A DNA stretch of 64,000 nt, from positions 56,465-120,464 of the forward strand of contig CAYJOR010000002.1 of NCBI GenBank assembly GCA_964371865.1. Direction: 5' to 3'. The position numbers and the translations under genes were made by a program. The notes beneath the pieces are model-generated. The model was given only the letters and a program-made list of their open reading frames with translations, had not been told where the DNA came from and made no database searches. The stretch is from an uncultured Desulfovibrionaceae bacterium (GTDB lineage Bacteria > Desulfobacterota > Desulfovibrionia > Desulfovibrionales > Desulfovibrionaceae). This document shows, one piece after another, positions 47,643-58,308 of this stretch (its first letter is position 1; each line of letters begins with the position of its first letter).

Positions 47643-48503
47643 ATGAATTCATTATTAAAAAAATCTAGTCTTGTACTTCTAAGTGTTACATTCTTATCAG
47701 GTTGCGTTGCGGCTAACCAAGATGTTCAGAAATTACAACAACAAGTACAATCACAACAACAAACAATTCAAAGCTTAAACTCACAACTTTCAGGTGTTCA
47801 ACCAGCGCAAGCAGATACTTGGTTACAAATCCAAACATTGCGTCAAGAAATGGCTTCGATGCGCGGTTCGCTCGATAATATTGAACTAGCACTTCGTCCA
47901 CTTGGTGGTTCACAAGCTCTTGCTGAAAAATTAGCTCAACAAGATAGAGCACTTAGATTAGTTGAATCTCAACTTGGTCTAAAACTCCAGCTCGACGAAC
48001 CAGCTCTCGAACATATCCCAACAACTTTACCTGATAGCGTTCTTGTGCCAACTCAAGTAGGTTCAAGCCAAGTTACTCCTCCACCGGTAAACCCAAAACC
48101 GACTCCGGTTACAGTAACGCCAACCTCTACCGATACCGCTCAAGCTCTTTATGATAACGGGATGAAGGCTTTCAACGATAGACGCTATGATAACGCAGTA
48201 AATGCTTTTACTGATTTTATTAGCACATATCCTCAAAATTCTTTGATTTCAAATGCTTACTACTGGCAAGGTGAATCATACTATCAATTAAAGAACTATG
48301 GTTCATCAGCTTTAGCTTATGAAAACGTTATCTCACAATATCCAAATAGCAACAGAGCTCCATCAGCTTATCTTAAACAAGGTATGTGCTTTATTGAATT
48401 AAATAAAAAAGATGCAGCAAGAGAACGTTTAAATCAGTTAATAAAAACATATCCTAAAGCACCAGAAGCAACTCGTGCAAAACAGCTTATATCTAGCTTA
48501 TAG
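47643..48503 (+). CDS. Tol-Pal system protein YbgF/CpoB-like (coiled coil + TPR) lipoprotein
   Basis: Lipobox LSGC. Q-rich coiled coil. C-terminal TPR block (YDNGMKAFNDRRYDNAVNAFTDFISTYPQNSLISNAYYWQGESYYQ...). Start trimmed to ATG 47643 (GGAG SD). Confidence 0.75.
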   Translation: MNSLLKKSSLVLLSVTFLSGCVAANQDVQKLQQQVQSQQQTIQSLNSQLSGVQPAQADTWLQIQTLRQEMASMRGSLDNIELALRPLGGSQALAEKLAQQDRALRLVESQLGLKLQLDEPALEHIPTTLPDSVLVPTQVGSSQVTPPPVNPKPTPVTVTPTSTDTAQALYDNGMKAFNDRRYDNAVNAFTDFISTYPQNSLISNAYYWQGESYYQLKNYGSSALAYENVISQYPNSNRAPSAYLKQGMCFIELNKKDAARERLNQLIKTYPKAPEATRAKQLISSL

Positions 48504-48536
48504 TTTTCGTAAAAGCAAATTATTAAGGAACTAACA

Positions 48537-48971
48537 ATGAGTAATAATAAAAAAAGTATAAATGTATTACTATCTTTTGATCAAAATACCTCTCATGGAC
48601 CATGGGTGTGTAGACTTGCAAAGCAATTTGATATAGAATTTAACATAACCAAAGCAAATATTTCAACAAAACGCGAAGGTTCACTCGTATTAGAATTAAG
48701 CGGAACAAAAGAAAATTGTGATAAAGCAATAGACTATCTTCAAGAAAACAATATTATAGTTACTCCTGTAGCACAAAGAATTTGGCACAATGAAGATAAA
48801 TGTATTGATTGTGGACTTTGCACAGCTCTTTGTCCACCTAATGCTCTTCATATGGACGCTAACAATCATCTTAGTTTTGATAAAGAAAAGTGTGTTGTCT
48901 GCCTTAACTGCACAAAAATATGCCCTGTCCATGCGCTTCAAAGCGATGTTGGCGAGAGTTCATTTTTATAG
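48537..48971 (+). CDS. NIL-domain / 2x[4Fe-4S] ferredoxin fusion protein
   Basis: N-terminal NIL-like beta-alpha domain, then CIDCGLCTALCP and CVVCLNCTKICP. Confidence 0.75.
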   Translation: MSNNKKSINVLLSFDQNTSHGPWVCRLAKQFDIEFNITKANISTKREGSLVLELSGTKENCDKAIDYLQENNIIVTPVAQRIWHNEDKCIDCGLCTALCPPNALHMDANNHLSFDKEKCVVCLNCTKICPVHALQSDVGESSFL

Positions 48972-48980
48972 AGAGTTAAA

Positions 48981-49595
48981 TTGAAAGCACTTCAACCGAA
49001 TTTACCTTTAGTTTTGGCATCAAATTCACCTCGTAGGCAACAGTTTTTACAAGATTTAGGTCTTCCTTTTTCTGTACTGTTGCCTTCGGGCTTTAAAGAA
49101 GTTTTAGATTCTGAACTTAGTCCTGAAGAAAATGCTAAAGCTCTTGCTAGAGGCAAAGCATACGCAACGATTAAAGAGCATAACTGCTCAAATTCACTTG
49201 TTATTGCGTCTGATACAATTGTCGTTCTCAATAATAATCTACCTGATGCTGAAATTTTTGGTAAACCAGAGAATGTTCAAGAAGCATTTTCAACGCTAAA
49301 AAGAATGGTTGGCAGAAAACATACCGTAATATCCGCAGTTGCTATGATTTTACCTGATAAAACAGAAATAGTTTTTGCAGATTCAAGTGATGTCTACTTC
49401 CATAATTGGAGTGATTCCGTTCTTATGTCTTACGCTGAAACTGGCGAAGGCCTAGATAAAGCGGGAGCTTATGCAATTCAAGGAATAGGGACATTTTTAG
49501 TAGATAGAGTTGAGGGTGCTTACTCTACTATTGTTGGTTTTCCGGTGCATAAATTCATTCAGAAACTTTTAGATTACAAAATTGTAAATCCATAA
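48981..49595 (+). CDS. maf: Maf-family nucleoside triphosphate pyrophosphatase
   Basis: LVLASNSPRRQQFL, ASDTIV, GAYAIQG. TTG start. Confidence 0.88.
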   Translation: MKALQPNLPLVLASNSPRRQQFLQDLGLPFSVLLPSGFKEVLDSELSPEENAKALARGKAYATIKEHNCSNSLVIASDTIVVLNNNLPDAEIFGKPENVQEAFSTLKRMVGRKHTVISAVAMILPDKTEIVFADSSDVYFHNWSDSVLMSYAETGEGLDKAGAYAIQGIGTFLVDRVEGAYSTIVGFPVHKFIQKLLDYKIVNP

Positions 49596-49723
49596 ATAAC
49601 ATGAATATAAATAATACGTTAGACATTATTATGAATTTATTCACAATTTTTTTACAATAAAAAAAACTTGATTTTTTACAAGAATGAACATACATTGTTT
49701 TTTTATATTTAAGGAGAGCAATA

Positions 49724-52700
49724 ATGTCTAAAGGGCCTCATATTTCGATATCAGATAAATTTGTTGTTAATAGGATACTTAGAATTAACATTGAAGATTT
49801 TATTGAGTGGCCCGCTTCTGTAGCGGAGCTTGCAACTAAAATTGCCCTCGAACTTTTTCTCGTTGTATATAATCCTTTCGTAAATGTTCAAAGTGTAAAA
49901 AAAAGTGTTGATGCTCGCTGGAAAGACGCTATGCCTTCCTTGGCACATCATTATGCAACAAGCATTGGTGAGGGTATTACCCTTTTTTGGTCAGCTTACG
50001 ATGCTGAAAATAACTTCCGCAATGAACTGATTACAAAACTTCAATCAATTCTCCCAGTTGAATGTATACTGACGAGAAAATCTGCCCTCATTGAAGCAAG
50101 CACAGACGCCACTGACTTACGTATGGAACTACCAATTTTAGTGGTAGAACCGGCAACAACTGAGCAAGTAAGTGAACTTGTAAAAGTTGCAAATGAAATG
50201 AAGTTTGCGCTAATCCCGCGTGGTGGTGGATCTGGTATGACAGGTGGTGCTGTTCCGGCACGTAAACGTACTGTAATTGTTAATCTTACTCGCCTAACTA
50301 AGATAAAACTCGATCACGATAATAAGGTTTTAGACTGTGAAGCAGGGGTTATTACTCAGCATGCTATAGAGTATGCAAATGCAAGAAATTTCCTCTTCAC
50401 TGTCGATCCAGCCTCAAAAACAGCATCAACAATAGGTGGAAACGTAGCTGAAAACTCAGGCGGTCCTTTCGCTTTTGAATACGGCACAACACTTGATAAT
50501 CTTCTTTCTTGGAAAATGGTTACTCCAACCGGTGAAATTATTACTGTTAATCGAGTAAATCACCCAAGACATAAAATTTTAGAGCATGAAATTGCAAAAT
50601 TTGAAGTGCGCGATCAATCTGGTGGAATGCGTTCTGTCATTGAACTTAAAGGTGATGAAATCCGCCTCCCTGGACTTGGAAAAGATGTTACAAATAAAGC
50701 CCTTGGCGGGCTTCCCGGTATGCAAAAAGAAGGTGTTGACGGCATCATCACAGAAGCAAAATTCATCATTTATGATAAACCAAAATTTACTCGCGTATTA
50801 TGCCTTGAATTTTATGGCCGTTCAATGCTGCCCGCTTCTATCCTTATCGGAAAACTTGTAGACTTACGCAATGTTATTCGTGAAAATGGTGATTATGCTC
50901 ACCTTTCTGCTCTTGAAGAATTTAATAGTAAATATGTTCAAGCAATTAACTATCAAAAGAAATCTGATGCTCATGAAGGCATGCCATGCTCTGTAATTAT
51001 CGTTCAAGTTGACGGTGATGATGAATACCTTTTAGACAGTGCTGTTCAAGAAATCTTGGAACTTGCAAAAGATGACAAAGAAGTAGAAATTTTTGCAGCT
51101 AAAGATGAAAAAGAAGCTGAAATATTTTGGGAAGATAGACATAAACTTTCTGCAATTTCCAAAAGAACTTCAGGCTTTAAAATAAATGAAGACGTTGTAA
51201 TCCCATTAAATACTATGCCGGATTTTGCTCATTTTCTTGAATCCTTAAACGTAGAACTTGCTGCAAGCGCGTATAGATTCGCTTTACAAAAAGTTGGTAG
51301 ATTAGATGATTTTCCTTTTGAAGATAAGGACTTAAACAAAGAATTTTCTTTCTGTTCTAAAGTTGTTTTAGGTGAAGATGTTCCTGAAGACTTACTTGAT
51401 GAAGAACTCGCAATGCGTGCAATTCTTTTCTTGGATACACTCAAGTCAAAATATCCTAGATTAGAAAAGAAAATTGAAGAAATTTCTGCCTATATGCAGT
51501 CAAGCCGAGTTATTGTTGCATCACACATGCACGCTGGCGACGGTAACTGTCATGTGAACATTCCTGTAAACTCTAACGACCCGCATATGATGCACGAAGC
51601 TGAAGATGTTGCTGTTCGAGTTATGAAAAAAGCTCAAGAAATGGGCGGTGAAGTATCTGGCGAACACGGTATTGGTATTACTAAAATTAACTTTTTTGCT
51701 CAAGAAAAAATGAATGCTCTCAAAGAGTTCAAGGCACTTGTCGACCCACGTGAGATTATGAACCCTGCTAAACTTGTGCAAAGAGATCTTCCTGTAAAAC
51801 CTTTTACTTTCTCATTTAATAGGCTTATTGGAGATATTCGTGAAAGTGGCTTGGCAGACAAAGAAAGACTTATTCATCTTCTAGAAACAGTTCAAATTTG
51901 TACTCGTTGCGGCAAGTGTAAATATGTATGTCCAATGGTTTATGCTGAAAAGTCATATCATTACCACCCTAGAAATAAAAATATTGTTCTTGGTGCAATC
52001 ACAGAAGCAATTTACTATTCTCAAATAACACAAGGAAAACCTTCAAAAGATTTACTTGCAGAACTACGCCATTTGATTGAGCATTGTACCGGTTGTGGAC
52101 GTTGCACGTCAGTATGTCCTGTAAAAATCACATCAGGCGATGTTGCACTCGCATTACGTGCTTTCTTAGAAGATGAGAATGCCGGCGGTCACCCAATTAA
52201 GCATCAAGTACTTGATTATCTTTCAAAAGACCCTGCAAAGCGTGTTCCTCAAATTGCGAAAGTTGCTGCTGTGGGGCAGAAAGTACAAAACAAAGTTATT
52301 GGACTTGTTCCTAAAGTTTGGCGTGAAAGATTTGAGAGTCCTCTTTTCTCAAACAAAGGTCCTGAAATGGGAATTACCAACCTTTATGAGGCCTTACGCC
52401 TTGATAAAGGTGGAATTTTCACCCCTTCTAATCCTGCAAAAAATGAAAATGGACAATTGAAAGCTGTTTTCTATTTTCCTGGTTGTGGTGGCTCACTTTT
52501 TTCACGTAAAATCGCTCTTTCTTCGATTGCACTTATGCTAAAAACAGGCTATACTGTTGTTGTTCCAAAAAGACACCTCTGTTGTGGCTACCCTCTCATC
52601 TCATCTGGTGCGGATGGCAGTTACAAGGAAAATCTTGAAAGAAATAAAGTGGCTATACAAGAATATCTAGAAAATGCAACTAAATCAAACCTAGATATTA

Positions 52701-53278
52701 CTAAAATGATTACTGCTTGCGGCTCTTGCCGCGACAGTATAGAACGCCACGAATTATCTTTTAATGGTGAAGAGTTAGAGCTAGAAGATTGTGTTCAATT
52801 CCTAGCAGATAAACTTACTCTAAAACCTACATTAGAAGGTAAACACTATCTTTATCATACTTCATGCCACCCTGAATGGTCAGGTGTGAAAGCTGTAAAA
52901 GGTGGTGGTAAAGCAGCGAAAGCGTTGGAAAAACTTACAGGTGCAGCAATTAATATTAATACTGGTTGTTGTGGTGAATCTGGTACTGGTGCCTTTTCAT
53001 CTCCAAAGATTTACAATGCTATCCGTGAAAGAAAAATGAATAAACTTCAACCTTTACTTGGTGAATATGATAAAAATTTACCAATAGTGGTTGGATGTCC
53101 GTCATGTAAAATTGGTGTAGCGCGCACGCTTATCAATTTGAAAGACAAAAGAGAAGTTGTACATAGTGCTGAATGGCTTGCTGACTCACTTTTAGAAAAA
53201 AACTGGCAGCAAACTTTTCGTACTCAAGCATTAAAAATTAATAATGAAGGCATACGCATCATAGATATGAGTGTATAA
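49724..53278 (+). CDS. Fused FAD-linked oxidase (GlcD-like) / Fe-S + CCG-domain (GlcF-like) oxidoreductase, YdiJ-like
   Basis: FAD_binding_4 region ([14 protein letters not shown]), HGIGITK, two CxxCxxCxxxCP clusters ([24 protein letters not shown]), C-terminal Cys-rich CCG repeats. 1184 aa. Confidence 0.88.
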   Translation: MSKGPHISISDKFVVNRILRINIEDFIEWPASVAELATKIALELFLVVYNPFVNVQSVKKSVDARWKDAMPSLAHHYATSIGEGITLFWSAYDAENNFRNELITKLQSILPVECILTRKSALIEASTDATDLRMELPILVVEPATTEQVSELVKVANEMKFALIPRGGGSGMTGGAVPARKRTVIVNLTRLTKIKLDHDNKVLDCEAGVITQHAIEYANARNFLFTVDPASKTASTIGGNVAENSGGPFAFEYGTTLDNLLSWKMVTPTGEIITVNRVNHPRHKILEHEIAKFEVRDQSGGMRSVIELKGDEIRLPGLGKDVTNKALGGLPGMQKEGVDGIITEAKFIIYDKPKFTRVLCLEFYGRSMLPASILIGKLVDLRNVIRENGDYAHLSALEEFNSKYVQAINYQKKSDAHEGMPCSVIIVQVDGDDEYLLDSAVQEILELAKDDKEVEIFAAKDEKEAEIFWEDRHKLSAISKRTSGFKINEDVVIPLNTMPDFAHFLESLNVELAASAYRFALQKVGRLDDFPFEDKDLNKEFSFCSKVVLGEDVPEDLLDEELAMRAILFLDTLKSKYPRLEKKIEEISAYMQSSRVIVASHMHAGDGNCHVNIPVNSNDPHMMHEAEDVAVRVMKKAQEMGGEVSGEHGIGITKINFFAQEKMNALKEFKALVDPREIMNPAKLVQRDLPVKPFTFSFNRLIGDIRESGLADKERLIHLLETVQICTRCGKCKYVCPMVYAEKSYHYHPRNKNIVLGAITEAIYYSQITQGKPSKDLLAELRHLIEHCTGCGRCTSVCPVKITSGDVALALRAFLEDENAGGHPIKHQVLDYLSKDPAKRVPQIAKVAAVGQKVQNKVIGLVPKVWRERFESPLFSNKGPEMGITNLYEALRLDKGGIFTPSNPAKNENGQLKAVFYFPGCGGSLFSRKIALSSIALMLKTGYTVVVPKRHLCCGYPLISSGADGSYKENLERNKVAIQEYLENATKSNLDITKMITACGSCRDSIERHELSFNGEELELEDCVQFLADKLTLKPTLEGKHYLYHTSCHPEWSGVKAVKGGGKAAKALEKLTGAAININTGCCGESGTGAFSSPKIYNAIRERKMNKLQPLLGEYDKNLPIVVGCPSCKIGVARTLINLKDKREVVHSAEWLADSLLEKNWQQTFRTQALKINNEGIRIIDMSV

Positions 53279-53301
53279 GCCAATCAGTAAAAGGATATAA
53301 T

Positions 53302-53763
53302 ATGAAAGTCATTGAAGGAAAACTCCAAGCAGAAGGGTTAAAATTTGCCATCGTAGTTACTCGATTCAACAGCTTCGTTGTTGAAAGATTAGTAGAAGGC
53401 GCACAAGATTATCTTATTCGTCACGGTGCTAACCCAGAAAATATTGATTTAATTCGTATTCCAGGTGCATTTGAACTTCCTGTTGTCTGCCAAAAAGTTG
53501 CTCAGAAAAATGAATATGATGGAATAATCGCTTTAGGTGCAGTTATTCGTGGATCTACTCCACACTTTGATTTTGTAGCAAATGAAGCAACAAAAGGTTT
53601 AGCACAGGTATCATTAAATGCCGGAATTCCAGTAGGTTTTGGTTTACTTACAACAGATACAGTTGAACAAGCTATTGATAGAGCTGGTCTTAAAGCCGGA
53701 AATAAAGGTGCTGAATCTGCAGCAGCTGTATTGGAAACCATTAGAGTATTAGAACAAATTTAA
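53302..53763 (+). CDS. ribH: 6,7-dimethyl-8-ribityllumazine synthase
   Basis: [31 protein letters not shown]. Confidence 0.95.
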   Translation: MKVIEGKLQAEGLKFAIVVTRFNSFVVERLVEGAQDYLIRHGANPENIDLIRIPGAFELPVVCQKVAQKNEYDGIIALGAVIRGSTPHFDFVANEATKGLAQVSLNAGIPVGFGLLTTDTVEQAIDRAGLKAGNKGAESAAAVLETIRVLEQI

Positions 53764-53776
53764 GTAGGAACACATT

Positions 53777-54352
53777 TTGTCAAAACAAAAATATCAAAAA
53801 ACGTCTCGCTCTCAAGCAAGAGCATTAGCTTTCCAAATCCTCTATAGCTTAGAATTTACAAGTATCCACTCACTAGGGGATTTAAGACAAGCATTTGTTT
53901 CAGCCCCTCGTGTGAAAGTGACTTATTCAGAACCTGAATTGGAAGATCTCGACATTACTCCAGAGAACGAAGAAGATACCATGGTTTTTCTTCCAAAAGT
54001 AGATTCTTTACCTGCACATGAAAATGATACTGTAGAAGATACGAATGAAAACGTTATTCCTACAGGCTTTGCTTGGGAATTAGTTGATGGTGTATGGTCT
54101 AATGTAGACGAAATAGATTCAACCATTAAAGAATACGCAAAAAACTGGAAAATCAACAGATTAGGAAGAATTGAGCTAACTGTATTACGTATAGCTTTGT
54201 TTGAAATGCTTTATCGTGATGACATTCCAGCAAAAGTATCTATCACAGAAGCTCTTGAATTAACAAATCAATTTGCTGAATTCAAAGCTCGTTCATTTAT
54301 CAACGGACTCCTTGATGCCGTTCATAAAAACAAACTCAAAGAAAACTCATAG
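53777..54352 (+). CDS. nusB: Transcription antitermination factor NusB (with an acidic insertion)
   Basis: RSQARALAFQILY...LRIALFEMLYRDDIPAKVSITEALELT...FINGLLD. ribH-nusB synteny. TTG start. Confidence 0.85.
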   Translation: MSKQKYQKTSRSQARALAFQILYSLEFTSIHSLGDLRQAFVSAPRVKVTYSEPELEDLDITPENEEDTMVFLPKVDSLPAHENDTVEDTNENVIPTGFAWELVDGVWSNVDEIDSTIKEYAKNWKINRLGRIELTVLRIALFEMLYRDDIPAKVSITEALELTNQFAEFKARSFINGLLDAVHKNKLKENS

Positions 54353-54364
54353 ACAGAGGATATT

Positions 54365-56881
54365 ATGCCCCTTTCACAACAATACGATCATCAACATATA
54401 GAAGAAAAATGGCAAAGTATTTGGAAAGAAAAATCTACGTACAAAGCTGTTGATTTTAGCCCTAAACCTAAATATTATTTACTAGAAATGCTTCCATATC
54501 CATCTGGTAACATTCATATGGGTCATGTTCGCAACTACTCTATTGGTGATGTTGTGGCAAGGCATAAACGCATGCAAGGCTTCAATGTTCTTCACCCTAT
54601 GGGTTGGGATGCTTTTGGTCTTCCTGCTGAAAATGCTGCTATCAAAAATGCTACTCATCCAGCAAAATGGACATACGCAAATATTGATAATATGCGCGTG
54701 CAGCTTAAAAGATTAGGCTATTCATACGACTGGGAACGTGAAATTGCTACTTGTCACCCAGAATATTACAGATTTGAACAGCTTTTCTTCTTGCGTATGC
54801 TTGAAAAAGGTATTGCATATCGTAAAAATGCTATGCAAAACTGGTGTTCATCATGTAATACCGTACTCGCAAATGAACAAGTAGAGGAAGGCCTCTGCTG
54901 GAGATGTGATACCGTTGTTGAGCAAAAAGAAATGACTCAATGGTTCTTACGTATCACAGACTATGCAGAAGAACTTCTCAAAGATTTAGACCTATTAGAG
55001 AATGGATGGCCTGAACGTGTTATCTCAATGCAACGCAACTGGATAGGAAAAAGTACAGGTGCTGAAATTGATTTTACACTAGAAAATTCTGATATAAAAA
55101 TCCCTGTTTTCACAACTAGACCAGATACTCTTTTCGGTGTAACTTTCCTTACAATTGCTCCAGAACATAAATTAGTTCAGGAACTTATAAAGAATGCTCC
55201 AAATAAAGCAGAAATTGAAGCCTTTATCGAAAAAGTTGCTTCAATGGATAAAATCGACCGTCAATCCGATAGCTTGGAAAAAGATGGAATCTTTACTGGT
55301 TCTTACGTAACTCACCCACTAACAAATGAACAAGTGCCTGTATGGCTTGGAAATTTTGTTCTTGCTGAATACGGCACAGGTGCAGTTATGGGCGTTCCGG
55401 CGCATGACCAGCGTGACTTCCTCTTCGCTAAAAAATTCAACCTTGATATCAAAGTTGTAATCACTCCTGAAAATGAAGTTCTTGATGTAAACTCAATGAC
55501 TGAAGCTATGACAGGCGAAGGAATTCTAATAAATTCAACAAACTATCAGCAGCTTGATAAAGTGCAGAATAATGAAGCAAAAGAACTCATTGTTGCAGAA
55601 CTTGAAAAGCTAGCTCTAGGAAAGAAAACTGTAAACTTCCGTCTTCGTGATTGGAATATCTCACGTCAGCGTTATTGGGGCTCGCCAATTCCTGTACTCT
55701 ATTGTGATGATTGCGGAATTGTTCCTGTAGCTGAAAAAGATTTGCCTGTAATGCTTCCTCTTGATGTTCAAGTAAATCCGGATGGGCGTTCGCCACTTCC
55801 TGATAGCGAAAATTTCTTCCATACTCCATGCCCTAAATGTGGAAAAATGGCACGTAGAGAAACTGATACAATGGATACTTTTGTTGAATCATCATGGTAT
55901 TTTACCAGATATGTTGACCCGCGTAATACAGATGAAGCTGTGAATAAAGATATCGCTTCTTACTGGATGCCTGTTGATCAATATATTGGCGGTGTTGAGC
56001 ATGCTATATTGCACTTACTTTATGCCCGTTTCTTTACAAAAGTTCTTCGTGACACCGGATTCTATCCTGCTGATTTAGCAGAGCCTTTTGCAAAACTTCT
56101 TACTCAAGGTATGGTTTTGAAAGATGGCACAAAAATGTCTAAATCTAAAGGGAACGTTGTTGACCCTACCGAAATGATTAAACTTTTTGGTGCTGATACC
56201 GTTCGTCTCTTCTGCTTGTTCGCGGCTCCACCAGAGCGTGATTTTGACTGGAGTGAAACCGGTATTGAAGGTGCTTTCCGTTTCTTAAGTCGTGTTTGGA
56301 GACTCTGTGCTGAATTGCAAGATAGCCTCTCACCTGTTCTTCCTGCCTCGTTTGTAGAAGCTACAAATCCTCTTGCAAAAGAATTGCGCTTTAAAGAGCA
56401 TAGCACAATAAAAAAAGTAACTGAAGATTTAAGTAATAAATTCCAGTTCAATACAGCGATTGCTGCTATTATGGAATTTGTAAATACTCTTTATACATCT
56501 AAAGATGAACTTGTTAAATCTGAAGAAGGCAAACAGGCTTTATCATCAAGTGTTGCAACTCTTCTCACCTTACTTTCTCCTATTACTCCGCATATTTGTG
56601 AAGAAATTTGGGAATCTGTAGGGAATACATCAGTTTTATCAGGTATGCCTTACCCAACTTTTGACCCTAAAGCTCTTGAAAAAGATACTGTAACTTTAGT
56701 TGTTCAAATCAACGGTAAACTACGTGGTAAAATGGATGTACCAGCACAAATTAATTCTAAAGAAGCTGAGGAACTTGCTCTTGCCGATCCTAATGTATCT
56801 AAGCACTTGGATAATTTAGCGATTGTAAAAGTTATTGTTGTTCCTCAAAAACTTATTAATATTGTAGCAAAACCAAAATAA
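54365..56881 (+). CDS. leuS: Leucine--tRNA ligase
   Basis: PYPSGNIHMGH (HIGH), KMSKSKGN, CP1 editing domain. Confidence 0.97.
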   Translation: MPLSQQYDHQHIEEKWQSIWKEKSTYKAVDFSPKPKYYLLEMLPYPSGNIHMGHVRNYSIGDVVARHKRMQGFNVLHPMGWDAFGLPAENAAIKNATHPAKWTYANIDNMRVQLKRLGYSYDWEREIATCHPEYYRFEQLFFLRMLEKGIAYRKNAMQNWCSSCNTVLANEQVEEGLCWRCDTVVEQKEMTQWFLRITDYAEELLKDLDLLENGWPERVISMQRNWIGKSTGAEIDFTLENSDIKIPVFTTRPDTLFGVTFLTIAPEHKLVQELIKNAPNKAEIEAFIEKVASMDKIDRQSDSLEKDGIFTGSYVTHPLTNEQVPVWLGNFVLAEYGTGAVMGVPAHDQRDFLFAKKFNLDIKVVITPENEVLDVNSMTEAMTGEGILINSTNYQQLDKVQNNEAKELIVAELEKLALGKKTVNFRLRDWNISRQRYWGSPIPVLYCDDCGIVPVAEKDLPVMLPLDVQVNPDGRSPLPDSENFFHTPCPKCGKMARRETDTMDTFVESSWYFTRYVDPRNTDEAVNKDIASYWMPVDQYIGGVEHAILHLLYARFFTKVLRDTGFYPADLAEPFAKLLTQGMVLKDGTKMSKSKGNVVDPTEMIKLFGADTVRLFCLFAAPPERDFDWSETGIEGAFRFLSRVWRLCAELQDSLSPVLPASFVEATNPLAKELRFKEHSTIKKVTEDLSNKFQFNTAIAAIMEFVNTLYTSKDELVKSEEGKQALSSSVATLLTLLSPITPHICEEIWESVGNTSVLSGMPYPTFDPKALEKDTVTLVVQINGKLRGKMDVPAQINSKEAEELALADPNVSKHLDNLAIVKVIVVPQKLINIVAKPK

Positions 56882-56885
56882 TATT

Positions 56886-57389
56886 ATGAAAAAACTTCAC
56901 TTTTTCTTACTTTCCTTATTGTTGCTCTCTTTAACTGCATGCGGTTATCAAGTGCATAATCTTCAGGGTTCTCCACAGCAAAGCATACTCGGTAACGGTT
57001 CTGCAACTGTGAGTATTGGTACTATTGAACAATCTTCTTTATATCCTTGGGTACCCTACTTTATCACGACGACTTTACGAGATGAAATATCTCTAAGGCA
57101 GATTGCAAAATGGGAAAGTTTTGAAAGAAGTGACTACCTTATAAATGTAAACTTAAGTGCAATGAGAATTAGAGCTTTTGACGATAGCTACATAAACGAA
57201 TCTGAAATTTCATCAGCATCTGTAGTGATAAGCCTAAGTATTCATGAATCAAAAACCGGAAGATCGGTGTGGAGTACTCAAGTAAATTACACAGAAAACT
57301 ATGAAAATCCCCGCGAAGACGCCGCAATTCGTGAAGTTATTGAAGAAGCTTTAAAAATTGCAATGGATAATCTTCAGGCAACATTCTAA
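56886..57389 (+). CDS. lptE: LPS-assembly lipoprotein LptE-like
   Basis: Lipobox LLSLTACGYQV. About 165 aa. Conserved position right after leuS. Confidence 0.65.
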   Translation: MKKLHFFLLSLLLLSLTACGYQVHNLQGSPQQSILGNGSATVSIGTIEQSSLYPWVPYFITTTLRDEISLRQIAKWESFERSDYLINVNLSAMRIRAFDDSYINESEISSASVVISLSIHESKTGRSVWSTQVNYTENYENPREDAAIREVIEEALKIAMDNLQATF

Positions 57390-57428
57390 TAATTAACAAG
57401 CATTTAAGGCTAACAACTGGGAGTTATT

Positions 57429-58184
57429 ATGTTCATTTATCTTCCAATTATTTTTCTTCTATGTGCAATACTATTAAAGGCTAAATCATCACAAGCAATG
57501 GAAACAACACAAAGAATAACTCAAAATCTCACACCTACTGAAGCCCTTGAAGAACTCATCAATGGTAATGAAAGATATATCAATGATTTAAGTACACACT
57601 TTACTGAGAATGCTATACGTCGTCAGCATACTGCTCTTCACGGTCAATATCCTATAGCTACTGTGCTTGCATGCTCTGATGCAAGAATGCCAGTTGAAAC
57701 TATTATGGATCAAGGTAATGGGGATATATTTGTTATTCGTGTTGCAGGAAACATTGTAGGTGATCAAGTACTTGGAAGTATTGATTATTCTCTAACAGCT
57801 CTTGACGTGCCACTTATCTTAGTGCTTGGGCATACGCAATGTGGAGCTATTAGTTCTGCTGTAGATGCAATGTATGCAAATCAAGAGTTCACCCCACATA
57901 TTAAAAGTCTTTTAACACCCCTTCTTCCACTTGCCGAAGAACAATGCTCTTGCCACCCTAACCCAACATCTGATGAACTTTCATCATTAAAAGAACAACT
58001 TATTTTTCAAAATGTTTGGAAGGAAGTGAGTGAAATTATTCGCTCAAGCAAAGCTGTACGTGAACGAATTCGTGCTAATAAACTGATGGTAGTTGGTGCT
58101 GTTTACGATATACAAACTGGTGAAGTTGGTTGGCTTGGAACTCACCAAAGAGAAGCTATTATTCTTTCTGAATATGATGACTAG
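57429..58184 (+). CDS. Beta-class carbonic anhydrase with N-terminal signal peptide
   Basis: CSDARMP...VIRVAGN...GHTQCGA zinc-ligand pattern. N-terminus MFIYLPIIFLLCAILLKAKSSQA. Confidence 0.88.
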   Translation: MFIYLPIIFLLCAILLKAKSSQAMETTQRITQNLTPTEALEELINGNERYINDLSTHFTENAIRRQHTALHGQYPIATVLACSDARMPVETIMDQGNGDIFVIRVAGNIVGDQVLGSIDYSLTALDVPLILVLGHTQCGAISSAVDAMYANQEFTPHIKSLLTPLLPLAEEQCSCHPNPTSDELSSLKEQLIFQNVWKEVSEIIRSSKAVRERIRANKLMVVGAVYDIQTGEVGWLGTHQREAIILSEYDD

Positions 58185-58203
58185 GAATAACTTTAGTTAT
58201 GTG

Positions 58204-58246
58204 AAGTGCAACTTTTAGGAGTTGCACTTTTCTTTTATTCTTTTTT
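58204..58246 (+). terminator. Terminator after the carbonic anhydrase gene
   Basis: AAGTGCAAC-8 nt-GTTGCACTT followed by TTCTTTTATTCTTTTTT. Confidence 0.7.
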
Positions 58247-58257
58247 GACTCCTTAAT

Positions 58258-58273
58258 TGGTATATAATTTGCA
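58258..58273 (+). promoter_or_regulatory. Candidate sigma54 (-24/-12) promoter
   Basis: TGGTAT-ATAAT-TTGCA has the same hexamer/pentamer as the flagellin element. It ends 36 nt before ATG 58309. Confidence 0.45.
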
Positions 58274-58308
58274 GTATAATAAATAGCAAATACTTTCGAG
58301 GAGGCAAT

